Positions 9,479 through 17,704 of a DNA stretch of 29,717 nt are shown one piece after another. The first letter of the stretch is position 1. Each line of letters starts with the position of its first letter. A program made the position numbers and the translations under genes. Source of the stretch: a virus (lineage: Duplodnaviria > Caudoviricetes); the IMG/VR virus record IMGVR_UViG_3300023283_000043, positions 1 through 29,717 of that record; one strand, 5' to 3'. The notes under the pieces were generated by a model, which was not told where the DNA came from, did no database searches, and worked only from the letters and a program-made list of their open reading frames with translations.

Positions 9479-12241
9479 TTATCTCCGGTACAGAGCGATG
9501 GGTCCGTACATCCTCGGGAAGTTGAAGATCGAGCGCGACAGGTCGCGGATGCCGCGCCGGTTGGTGGCTTTGACCGTCAGCGTCGCTGCGTTGGACGTGG
9601 CCGAGCCCTCGGAGTTGGTGGCGACGCATCGGTATTGATGCCCGTCCTGAGACAGGGAAACGTCAACCAGAATCAGTGACGCCCCTGTTTCGTCGGTGAT
9701 GTCCGCCCAACCGCCGCCGTCATCAACCTGCCACTGCAGCGTCGGCACAGGAACACCGGAAACCGACACGTCAAACTGAGCCGTACCGCCGGGCGTCGCC
9801 GACCTGTTCGACGGGTGCGTGTCGAAGCTCGGGGCCACCGCGATCACGACATCTTCGGTCAGGTCGTCTTCGCCACTGAGATTGGTCGCGCGGACGGTGA
9901 AGGTGTACGGGTCGCCGCCGGCCGTCGGCGTGCCTGAAAGCAGGCCGTCAGAATCCAGCGTCAGGCCCGGCGGGAGCACGCCGTTGAGGATCGACCATGT
10001 GATCGGAGTGTCACCGCTCGCCGTGTACTGGTGGGAATAGGCGACGCCGACGGCCCCGTCCGGCGCAGCGTTTGTGATCGACGGCACGGCGGCGGGATCA
10101 ACCACGATATCAACCGTCTCGATCAGCGTCTCGTTGCCGTGAGTGTTGCTCGCCTGCACCGTGAACTGATAAGACCCGTCGGCGGTCGGCGTGCCGGAGA
10201 TCAGGCCCGCTGAGTCCATGCTGAGCCCGGCGGGTAGCGTCCCGCTGATGATGGACCACGTGATCGGGGTGTCACCATCGGCGGTGTACTGGTGCGAGTA
10301 GGCGTCACCGACCTCGCCATCGGGAGCGGTGTTCGTGATGGTCGGTGGCGTGTCCGGCGCGGCCGGTGTGGCCGTCACCAGGCCGGCAAGCTGGCTGTCG
10401 ATGTCGCCGGGGTTGTCGTTCCAGATGTAGATTTCATCGAAGAACCCCTCGACACTATTTGATCCCGTGGGAATCGCCCCGATGGTCATCATAGCAGGGA
10501 GATCCGCATCCGCCCCGGCGTAAGCTTCGGACAGCAGTGTGCCGTTGAACTTGGCCCGGAGCGTAGCCCCATCGTGCCACACAAAAACGCGGTGCCACTG
10601 ATTCAGAGCAGGAACGACGCCAAAATTAAGAAAACTTCCCGCTGTGGGGGTGCTGAGCCAAACATAGAAGTGCTTGTCGCCGTTGACCCCCATATTGAAT
10701 CGACTATCCCCGTTCTCCATATGAGCAAACTGCTCCCAAGCCGGAAGGGCGGGAACCTTAAACCACATGCAGAAGCCCCAGCCGGGGGTCTCCACAGCTT
10801 CCCGCACGTTCGGGACAGCGAACCGACCCAAGAAGTCGCCGGTAACGCTGATGGAACCATTGGGGTCGCCGGTGTAGGCGTCCTCGGCCGGGTCGAACGA
10901 GGCCCAGGTTTCAAGTACCAAGTCCCCGCTGCCAATTTCGGGAGACACGCTTTCGCAACGATAGGCTACCGATGGTTGGGGGCTAAGCGAATCGAGGATG
11001 GACGCCGTGCTTTCAGCGGCGATCTCAACCGTCTCCGCCAGCGTATCCGTGCCCGTGGAATTGGACGCCCCGATCGTGAAGTTGTAGCTGCCGTCCTGTG
11101 TCGGCGTGCCCGAGAGCAGACCGCCCGACGTAAGGCTAAGGCCCGGAGGGAGGCTGCCAGCGACCAAAGACCACGTTAGCGGCGTGTCCCCGCTTGCCGT
11201 GTACTGGTGAGAGTACGCAACGCTGGCAGCACCGTCCGGGGCGGTATTCGAAATTGAGGGAGGAACGCCGCCCCCTCCTTGAGCATTCCCGGTGATGGGG
11301 TCCCACCGCCACGCGGAAAAATCAGAGGGGTCATAACCCTCGTCCGTATTTGTGAATGCCCCGCCATTGGGGAATGACCCTCGATCAGACGAACTCCGAA
11401 GAAAGAGGATGTTGGTCGGAGTGCTGCCCGCATTGTTAAAGGCGCTTCCCGCTCCGTCTCGGATATGGACGGCCTCGAAAGTGATGTTCGAGAGGGTGTT
11501 CGTAAGGGTAATGTCCGAAATGACCCAGGGGCTCGCTGGGCGGCGGATAAACACGCGGCGAAACGTTTGGTTATTGACGCCGCCGGTGTGGGCGATAGCA
11601 ACGCCTTGGCCGTTGGCGTCCACAAACCACGCATCTTCAATCAGCCCGTCGGTTTCACCTCGCTGGAACACGTCGGGGTGTCCGCCGCTGGGGACGTTAA
11701 TCCCGATCCGCTCGGCGTAGATGTTTTTCGCCGTCTTGAGGTGCTGTGCGAAATCCTCGTAGCAGTCGTAGAACTCGCTGTTATAGGCAAAACTCTTCCC
11801 GCCAATAGTCGTGCCACTCATCCAGCAGGGCCGGCGGATACGGCGGATGGTGCTGTTGATGAAGTAAAGGGCGGTGCCTTGATGGAGGACCGCGTTGGTG
11901 ATGTCGCCGGTGCCCGGGAAATCGGCTCCAATGAACTCACAATCAATAAGCCAAAGCTCTGTGGATGTGTTTCCGCCAAAACACCACTCGCCTTGACCGG
12001 CCGAGAGGGTGCATCCCTCGATAACAAGGTTCTTGTTGTTCCACGAGCCCGCAAAATGAAGGGTGATTTCGTCTCGGCTAACCCCAGGCTGTGGCCTGAT
12101 GAGGGTGGTTCCGGGATTCTTTGTAAGCCCATCAACGCCATGCGACCCGGCTGGCAGTTCGATTACAGTATCGGCCGTCGGTGGCGAGGGGGTTGTCACT
12201 GACGCTGGATCAAGAGGGAGTTTGGAAAGGAGATTAGGCAT
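9479..12241 (-). CDS. 920-aa multidomain surface protein: right-handed beta-helix (pectin lyase-like), three putative Ig (He_PIG) repeats, LamG/ConA-like domain, terminal Ig domain; putative capsid decoration/head fibre
   Basis: Three repeats PPSI.NTAPDG..G.AYSHQYTA.GDTP.TWS...G.LP.GL.L.S.GL.SGTPT..G.Y.FT; LamG motifs WHRVFVWHDG and FFDEIYIWN; Ig motif P.PTLQWQ...DGHQYRCVATN; HPDVFQ in the beta-helix; AAGGGGG RBS. Confidence 0.8.
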   Translation of the reverse strand: MPNLLSKLPLDPASVTTPSPPTADTVIELPAGSHGVDGLTKNPGTTLIRPQPGVSRDEITLHFAGSWNNKNLVIEGCTLSAGQGEWCFGGNTSTELWLIDCEFIGADFPGTGDITNAVLHQGTALYFINSTIRRIRRPCWMSGTTIGGKSFAYNSEFYDCYEDFAQHLKTAKNIYAERIGINVPSGGHPDVFQRGETDGLIEDAWFVDANGQGVAIAHTGGVNNQTFRRVFIRRPASPWVISDITLTNTLSNITFEAVHIRDGAGSAFNNAGSTPTNILFLRSSSDRGSFPNGGAFTNTDEGYDPSDFSAWRWDPITGNAQGGGGVPPSISNTAPDGAASVAYSHQYTASGDTPLTWSLVAGSLPPGLSLTSGGLLSGTPTQDGSYNFTIGASNSTGTDTLAETVEIAAESTASILDSLSPQPSVAYRCESVSPEIGSGDLVLETWASFDPAEDAYTGDPNGSISVTGDFLGRFAVPNVREAVETPGWGFCMWFKVPALPAWEQFAHMENGDSRFNMGVNGDKHFYVWLSTPTAGSFLNFGVVPALNQWHRVFVWHDGATLRAKFNGTLLSEAYAGADADLPAMMTIGAIPTGSNSVEGFFDEIYIWNDNPGDIDSQLAGLVTATPAAPDTPPTITNTAPDGEVGDAYSHQYTADGDTPITWSIISGTLPAGLSMDSAGLISGTPTADGSYQFTVQASNTHGNETLIETVDIVVDPAAVPSITNAAPDGAVGVAYSHQYTASGDTPITWSILNGVLPPGLTLDSDGLLSGTPTAGGDPYTFTVRATNLSGEDDLTEDVVIAVAPSFDTHPSNRSATPGGTAQFDVSVSGVPVPTLQWQVDDGGGWADITDETGASLILVDVSLSQDGHQYRCVATNSEGSATSNAATLTVKATNRRGIRDLSRSIFNFPRMYGPIALYRR

Positions 12242-12422
12242 ATCGATTCCCCCTTATACGCACCCCGAAACCCTCTGCGACCTCCTGATAAAGCAAAAAG
12301 TCCCACCGGCCACCGGCGCGATGAGCGTATCCCAGCCCGCCGGAGCTTCCCTGCTTGCCGGGGTTTGCAGTCGCCCCCGACCATCCGGAGCCTGGCGTGA
12401 TTTTGGTACCGGGTGCGGCCAT
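12234..12422 (-). CDS. Short ORF, 62 aa; possible truncated N-terminus of an ancestral version of the downstream gene
   Basis: ATG with AAGGG upstream, right after the capsid terminator; fills the intergenic gap and overlaps the next start by 8 nt. Confidence 0.45.
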   Translation of the reverse strand: MAAPGTKITPGSGWSGATANPGKQGSSGGLGYAHRAGGRWDFLLYQEVAEGFGVRIRGNRYA

Positions 12423-12436
12423 CTAATGGTGCCCTT

Positions 12437-12474
12437 GAAAAATGGCCGGTCGGGAGCGTGAATCCCGACCGGCC
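12437..12474 (-). terminator. Intrinsic terminator after the major capsid gene
   Basis: Perfect 12-bp stem GGCCGGTCGGGA/TCCCGACCGGCC, 7-nt loop, followed by ATTTTTC on the minus strand. Confidence 0.85.
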
Positions 12475-12497
12475 CTGCCCCACACACGAGCCGGGAT

Positions 12498-13505
12498 TTA
12501 GCTCACGGCCGCCTCAGTGTTGAGGATGGCGTCGCACTCGCGGATCGGCATCCCGAGGAAGCTCACGACCTCCTCGCCATCGACTTCACGCAGCGAAAGC
12601 TGCACGTTGGTCGTGTTGGCCGCCTGCTTGTGCAGGAACTCTTTGACCCGCGTGTTGCAGTAGATCGCGGCGCGACCGTTCATCACCCGACGCTGGCGCA
12701 GCCGGTAGTAGGCCGTCACCATGCTGTCGATCAGGTCCGCACCGCTGCCCGCGTCGTTGGTCAGGTCCGACACGTCGATGTTGCACACACGGGAGACGTA
12801 CCGCCAGTCACGGACGCTGACGCCCGTGTGCCACGAGAACTTCTCGCGGTACACGTCGTACAGCGAGCCGTCGCTGTTTTCCTTGGTCGTCTTGCCCTTG
12901 TCCTCGCGCTGCAAGCCGCCCTGGGTGCCCTTGGGGTACAGCAGGTGCGCCGTGCGCTCGCCCCACACGATGAACCAGATGGACGTGTTGTCCGAGCCGG
13001 ACCCGCCCGCCTTGACGATCTGGTTGCCGTTGGGCGCGGTCGTGTCGTTGAAGCGCGGGGCCAGGCCCAACACCTTCTCCGGGTCGGTCGCGGTGTCGTG
13101 GTAGAACAGGCCCGACGCCATCTCGATGTTCATCGCTTCGATGAACGCCGACGCCTCGGAGAGCCGAAGCGCCGCTCTGTCGGACGAGATATCGACCAGC
13201 GTCGCATCGACCTCAGACCACGCTTCGAGCATGCCGGTGGTGTCGTACACCTGAGCCGTCTGACTCTTGCCGGGGTTGACGCCCTGATACAGCTTGCGCC
13301 ACGCGACGCCGGGCAGGCCCGTACGCACGGTGGTCAGGTGCTTGGTCCCGTCGTTGCATTCGAGCGTGATCGCATCCTGCAAGATGGGGTTGATCTGCGC
13401 CATCATTTCGATGATGGCCGCGATCTGGCTGTTCGGATCGCTGCGACGGTAAACGTCGGCCAGCGTCAGGTAGGTGCTGCCGATGGTTGCGTTGTACATG
13501 ATCAT
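12498..13505 (-). CDS. Major capsid protein (HK97 fold, BPP-1 Bbp17/epsilon15 gp7 type); RBS spacing favours the ATG at 13499
   Basis: N.ILQD...ECNDGT.H.TTVRTGLP...WRKLYQGV, GSDNTSIW, RDWRYVSR.CNID and F.GMPIR.CDAILNTEA motifs. Confidence 0.93.
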   Translation of the reverse strand: MIMYNATIGSTYLTLADVYRRSDPNSQIAAIIEMMAQINPILQDAITLECNDGTKHLTTVRTGLPGVAWRKLYQGVNPGKSQTAQVYDTTGMLEAWSEVDATLVDISSDRAALRLSEASAFIEAMNIEMASGLFYHDTATDPEKVLGLAPRFNDTTAPNGNQIVKAGGSGSDNTSIWFIVWGERTAHLLYPKGTQGGLQREDKGKTTKENSDGSLYDVYREKFSWHTGVSVRDWRYVSRVCNIDVSDLTNDAGSGADLIDSMVTAYYRLRQRRVMNGRAAIYCNTRVKEFLHKQAANTTNVQLSLREVDGEEVVSFLGMPIRECDAILNTEAAVS

Positions 13506-13527
13506 TCCCTGTTGTTAAGGGTTGTCT

Positions 13528-13544
13528 GTTGCGTTTTTCTCATC
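13528..13544. promoter_or_regulatory. 17-bp operator-like site upstream of the capsid gene
   Basis: GTTGCGTTTTTCTCATC matches the recurrent GTTGWG-N5-CWCAAC palindrome. Confidence 0.55.
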
Positions 13545-13565
13545 ACGCCGCGCACAGCGACGCAA

Positions 13566-14330
13566 TCATTCCCCACTGTCGTTCGCTCCCGGGTACAGGA
13601 TCGACGCGGTGTCCTTCGCAGCGCCGCCGCCCGGCGAACCACTCGCCGGTTGTTCCTCACCCATCGCCTTGCCGATCTTGGCGAAACAACGGACCAACTC
13701 GGGGTGATTCCCGAATCCGGTTTCGTTGAGCGCCTTCTTGAGCTCAGGCGACGCGAACCTCTCCACGGCCTGCCGGGAAGCCTTCACGGTGGCGTCGTAC
13801 TTGTCGCCGCCGATCTCCTTGTCCGACTTGACCGCTTTCCCCCACTCTTCCACTTGGGATTTCCAAGTCTCCTGCTGCTGCTCTGCGGCCTTGGCCGCGT
13901 TGGTGTTTTCCTGTTCGAGCAGCTTTTCGGCCTGTTCCTGTGTCAGGCCCAGTTTCCTGGCACGCTCGGTGATTTGCTCGAGCGCGGCATCGTCGAGATT
14001 GGTCCCCTCGGGCAGCTTCAGGTCGTAGGAATCCGGGGCCTTGGGTTTGCCGTCGTCATCCTTGCCGCCTCCGTCATCCTTGCCACCGTCGCCCTGCTTG
14101 TCGTCGTCGCTGGGCTTGCCGCCCTTGTCGCCGCCAGACCCATCACCGTCGCCGCCCTTGCCTGCATCACCGCCGCCGTCACCAGCAGCAGCGCCCGCCT
14201 CACCGCCCTCGCCCGCCTCACTGCCCGCGTCATCACCCCCACCGGAACCGGCCTCACCAGCGCCAGACTCGCCGCCGGCAATGGTGTCAGGCAGCAGCAG
14301 AACGTTCGGAAAAAGCAGGTCAAACAGCAT
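13566..14330 (-). CDS. Capsid scaffolding protein
   Basis: Gly/Asp-rich disordered N-half, then APDSYDLKLPEG...LGLTQEQA...GFGNHPELVR..AKIGK...ILYP; directly upstream of the capsid gene. Confidence 0.85.
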   Translation of the reverse strand: MLFDLLFPNVLLLPDTIAGGESGAGEAGSGGGDDAGSEAGEGGEAGAAAGDGGGDAGKGGDGDGSGGDKGGKPSDDDKQGDGGKDDGGGKDDDGKPKAPDSYDLKLPEGTNLDDAALEQITERARKLGLTQEQAEKLLEQENTNAAKAAEQQQETWKSQVEEWGKAVKSDKEIGGDKYDATVKASRQAVERFASPELKKALNETGFGNHPELVRCFAKIGKAMGEEQPASGSPGGGAAKDTASILYPGANDSGE

Positions 14331-14367
14331 GTCTCAAGCTCCGCGTGTGTGTGGGGGTGACATCGAC

Positions 14368-14403
14368 GTTGAGATTATCACATCACGGGGCGCAAAACTC
14401 AAC
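14368..14403 (-). promoter_or_regulatory. Sigma70-type promoter for scaffold/capsid, overlapped by two operator-like sites
   Basis: Minus strand TTGAGT (14402-14397), 17 bp, GATAAT (14379-14374) with TGn extension; sites GTTGAGATTATCACATC (14368-14384) and a degenerate copy at 14387-14403. Confidence 0.65.
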
Positions 14404-14869
14404 CAGACGCCACAGGCGACGCGTCCACGCACGCCAATTCGACCGTCATCAATCCAACCTCATCGCTGCCCACCTGACGCCACGGCCACGCTTCCCACGG
14501 CTCGCCTTCGTTGTCACGGGCCACGATCATCACGACCGGCTGAGCCGGCCCTATGCAGCGGAGGATGTCCATGTCTTGTGGACTCAGCACGTTGTCGCCG
14601 TTGGGGTGTGTGTGCCAGTCGCCCAGGTAGATCGACGCGCCGCGCGTCTCACGCACGATGCGGCGAATCTCCCCCATCACATACTCCGCGTCGTACTCGA
14701 AACATGTCCGCTCATGCGTCGCGCCCGGCCCCGGACCGATCAGGTGTGTCACGCGAAGGTCCGCCCCGTCACGCCGCCCCATCAGCACGCCGCCCGTCTC
14801 GAACGGGAACATACGATCAGCCTCGATGCACATCGCGTCGTAATCAGACTGTGACATCAAGAGCTTCAC
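14399..14869 (-). CDS. JAB/MPN+ (JAMM, Mov34/MPN/PAD-1) metallo-isopeptidase
   Basis: Complete JAMM signature: ETGGVLMG ... GDWHTHPNGDNVLSPQD (E...HxH-x7-S-x2-D) plus GPGP motif; GTGA overlap with the upstream stop; GGAGGGG RBS. Confidence 0.9.
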   Translation of the reverse strand: MKLLMSQSDYDAMCIEADRMFPFETGGVLMGRRDGADLRVTHLIGPGPGATHERTCFEYDAEYVMGEIRRIVRETRGASIYLGDWHTHPNGDNVLSPQDMDILRCIGPAQPVVMIVARDNEGEPWEAWPWRQVGSDEVGLMTVELACVDASPVASG

Positions 14870-15186
14870 GTCGCGCCCCCTCCACGCCGCCGCTTGTCTT
14901 CGTCCATCGCTTCCTTCTGCGCCTGCAAGTACAACTCCGGGCAGTGCCGGTGAATCTGCGCCAGCAGTTCCAAGCCGACCTTGCGCTGCCCCTCGAAGAA
15001 GAACGTCTCGCTGCTGCCTGTGAAACTCGACTGATAGATACGGCAGTTGCCCAGCAGACGCCAGACGAACCGACGCCCGGCCGGCGTGCCCATCACTTGC
15101 CGAAGGTCAGACGCCGCCGCCTGCGCCTCTTGCTCCTGCCGCTCGGTCGGCTTATGGCGCTGTCGCTTACGTTGCTCGGCCATCAC
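14866..15186 (-). CDS. Conserved post-portal protein (BPP-1 Bbp19-like)
   Basis: DLRQVMGTPAGRRFVWRLL...SSF...TFFFEGQRKVGL motif; directly follows the portal. Confidence 0.8.
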   Translation of the reverse strand: MMAEQRKRQRHKPTERQEQEAQAAASDLRQVMGTPAGRRFVWRLLGNCRIYQSSFTGSSETFFFEGQRKVGLELLAQIHRHCPELYLQAQKEAMDEDKRRRGGGAT

Positions 15187-16901
15187 GCACCCCCGGTCAA
15201 CGCCGTCAGCGCTGACGCGCGGTTTGTGTCAGTCTCGCTGAGCAGCTTCGCGCCCCTGGCCGTCTGTTCCAGCAGTTCCGCAGACTCCGCCGCCTGCTGC
15301 TGGGCCTGACGCTGCTGACGCATCGCCGCAACCGTCTCATCGTCGCGCACGATCGACGGCGGGACGCCCAGGCTGTCCGCGTACTCGTCAAGCGACTGGT
15401 CGATGTCCACCTTGTCCAGCGCCGAAGGCATGGCCCCGGCGATGTTGCCAGCGAAGCCGACGAACCGCTCGATGTTCGACACACTCACAGCCTTCTGCGC
15501 CTGAGCCATGATCGACACGTACTCAACCTTCAGCGGCTCGCCCTGCAGCTCATCCGGCGGCGGTGGGATCATCCCGCGGCGAAGCATGATCGCAAATGTC
15601 CGGTCAATCAACGGGTCAAGCAACTCATCGTTGAGCCGTTCGAGCACCGGCCCCAGCATCAGCATCTTCTCTTCCTGCCGCTCTGCGATCTCGCGGGCCG
15701 TGATCTCACGACGATCGGTCAACGCCATCATCAGGAACAGGTCCTTGTAGTACGCCGCGTTGATCCGGGTCTGCGTCTCCGTGATGTCAGCCGCGGCCGC
15801 GTCGATGCGAAAATTGACTTCGTGAGCCGGCCTGAACCCGCCGCGGTTGCTGTTCACGTCGTCAAGCCAGGTGATGCCACCCGGCAACAGGTTGGCCTCG
15901 TAACCCTTGAGCGACGTGGGCGCAACCATCGGCGGATCGACCATCTTGTCGATCGCCTTGGTCTTCACCTTCTGCTGGAACTGGAGCATCTTCGCGTCGC
16001 CCAGCGCCTCCATGCCGGGGCAACCCGTGCCATAAACGTCCTCACCGGCCGTGTGCCAACGCGGCGCGATGATCGGGTTCTCGTCGTAGCCCGACTCACT
16101 CAGGAACTGCTCGCCCAACTCGGCATCGCCCCCCTGCTTGCCACCGCCGCCCGCTTCATAGTGCACCGACAGCCACCGCTTGAACCGTGACTCCAGCCTG
16201 TCAGGGTCGTGCCTGTCGTTCGGCCGGATGATATGGACGATCGGAATCCACTCTTCGTACTGGCCACGGTCCCACAGGCTCTTGACCGACCGGCTGATGT
16301 TGCGGAACCGCCCCTCATCCGTCGATGCCTCCGCATCGCCGAACCGCTCCACCACCTGCCGCACGGTCATCTCGAACTCGCGGGCGAACGTCGTCGTGCG
16401 AAGTCTCGCGTCGTTGCCCAGCATGTAGCTACCGATCGGGTACGAATAGCACCGCAGCACGTCCTGGTCGTCCTCGAAGACGCCGAACGCGGCCGTGGCA
16501 AACGTCCCCGTGTCCCCGTAGATCGTCGGCAACACGTTGTACAGGTTGGACCTGGCAAACAGCGTCAGCATCCGCGTGGTCACCAGCGACAGCCATCGCT
16601 TAGCCGTTGCAAACTCGGCAAGGTCGGGATCGGACACCGTCAGCCTGACCCACGGCCGGGATGGCGACGTGAGCCCTGAGTGCATCCCCGCCGCCAGCGT
16701 GCGGTCCGCGATCATCGGCGTGTTGTCGATGATCTTGGTGTGCCGCCTGTCGCCCTTGTTCCTGTCTTGCGTCAGCCACCGCGATCGCGTCGGCCTGATG
16801 TACTGGCTCAAGTCCTTCCAGTGCGGAATGAACGATGACCGCTCATTACGCAACTGGCTCAGCAGAGAATCGAATTGTTGGCGTCGTGTCTCTGGCATCA
16901 C
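15183..16901 (-). CDS. Portal protein (head-tail connector, T7 gp8/Bbp21-like)
   Basis: LAAGMHSGLTSPSRPW, PRW...GEDVYG..PGMEALGD, TAREIAERQEEKMLMLGPVLERL..ELL.PLIDR motifs. Confidence 0.95.
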   Translation of the reverse strand: MMPETRRQQFDSLLSQLRNERSSFIPHWKDLSQYIRPTRSRWLTQDRNKGDRRHTKIIDNTPMIADRTLAAGMHSGLTSPSRPWVRLTVSDPDLAEFATAKRWLSLVTTRMLTLFARSNLYNVLPTIYGDTGTFATAAFGVFEDDQDVLRCYSYPIGSYMLGNDARLRTTTFAREFEMTVRQVVERFGDAEASTDEGRFRNISRSVKSLWDRGQYEEWIPIVHIIRPNDRHDPDRLESRFKRWLSVHYEAGGGGKQGGDAELGEQFLSESGYDENPIIAPRWHTAGEDVYGTGCPGMEALGDAKMLQFQQKVKTKAIDKMVDPPMVAPTSLKGYEANLLPGGITWLDDVNSNRGGFRPAHEVNFRIDAAAADITETQTRINAAYYKDLFLMMALTDRREITAREIAERQEEKMLMLGPVLERLNDELLDPLIDRTFAIMLRRGMIPPPPDELQGEPLKVEYVSIMAQAQKAVSVSNIERFVGFAGNIAGAMPSALDKVDIDQSLDEYADSLGVPPSIVRDDETVAAMRQQRQAQQQAAESAELLEQTARGAKLLSETDTNRASALTALTGGA

Positions 16902-17170
16902 GCCCCCAGCAGCGTCTTAGCGCCGCCCTGCTGCTGCTGTTGGCCCACGTCGCCCAACGGCCCGGTCAGTATCGTGTCGCCGCGACCCCTCGCCGCGATC
17001 GCCCGCTTGCGCTGCCTGTTCGCAGAGTCAGAGGCGAGCTTCGCCTTGTCTTCCTCGCTCGTGGTCTTGGGTGCGGCAGGCGGCTTGCCAGGCTTGTTGG
17101 CCGCAGACGACGCGGCCGTGGCGCCAGCAGACAGTAAACTCGCCCCGATGATCGCTTCAGCAACGCCCAT
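16898..17170 (-). CDS. Small pre-portal virion protein, 90 aa
   Basis: RG...TILTGPLG...KTLLG C-terminus typical of the gene preceding the portal in this phage group; stop overlaps the portal start. Confidence 0.75.
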   Translation of the reverse strand: MGVAEAIIGASLLSAGATAASSAANKPGKPPAAPKTTSEEDKAKLASDSANRQRKRAIAARGRGDTILTGPLGDVGQQQQQGGAKTLLGA

Positions 17171-17173
17171 GCC

Positions 17174-17659
17174 TCACACTCCCTTGTCGATCCGCCGCGC
17201 GTAGCAGCGGTGGGTTTGCTCGTACCCCATGCGCTCCAGCACCCGCGACGTGTCGTGCCGGTCGCACGACTGCCGCACGATGACGCGGACGCCCTCGGCG
17301 ATCAGTTGCTCGTCAACCCACCGCATCAGCCGCACGCCGGCCATGCCAGACCGAAACTCGGACACGATGTACGTCGTGTCCTGCAGCGCATGCTTGATGC
17401 CGCGCGAGTGCAGCGAATACGACACGATCATCACGCTGTAGCCGACCAGCAGGCCGCGATCGTCCCGCGCTGTGTAGCAGCGCAGCACGCCGGCATCGTC
17501 CAGCGCGTTGTACCGCTCAACGTCCGGGTCCAGCGGGACGCCAAGCAGTCCTGTCTCTTTGTGGTTGCGGGACAGCACACACGCCACCTCGGCCCACAGG
17601 TCGGCCGATCGCTCGCGGGCGAAGACCAGGGTTGCCGGGCTGTCGGCCACTGCCGTCAT
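17174..17659 (-). CDS. GNAT-family acetyltransferase
   Basis: LDPD.ERY..L...G.L..YTAR...LVGY, D..YI..EFRSGMAGVRL (acetyl-CoA motif A) and LERMGY. Confidence 0.8.
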   Translation of the reverse strand: MTAVADSPATLVFARERSADLWAEVACVLSRNHKETGLLGVPLDPDVERYNALDDAGVLRCYTARDDRGLLVGYSVMIVSYSLHSRGIKHALQDTTYIVSEFRSGMAGVRLMRWVDEQLIAEGVRVIVRQSCDRHDTSRVLERMGYEQTHRCYARRIDKGV

Positions 17660-17665
17660 GCCGCC

Positions 17666-17695
17666 AGCGTAGCCGCGTGATGTGGAAAACTCAAC
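17666..17695 (-). promoter_or_regulatory. Promoter (probably leaderless) with an overlapping operator, before the GNAT/portal genes
   Basis: Minus strand TTGAGT, 17 bp, TACGCT, 6 nt, ATG(17659); operator GTTGAGTTTTCCACATC at 17695-17679. Confidence 0.65.
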
Positions 17696-17704
17696 AGTAC
17701 GGGG

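Noticed and set aside
12234-12500. Programmed frameshift or read-through fusing the capsid protein or the 62-aa ORF to the Ig protein
   Set aside because: The capsid frame hits another stop and a strong terminator. The G-GGT-TTC heptamer in the 62-aa ORF would shift -1 into a frame that closes at 12196, whereas fusion needs +1, and that frame has a stop at 12254
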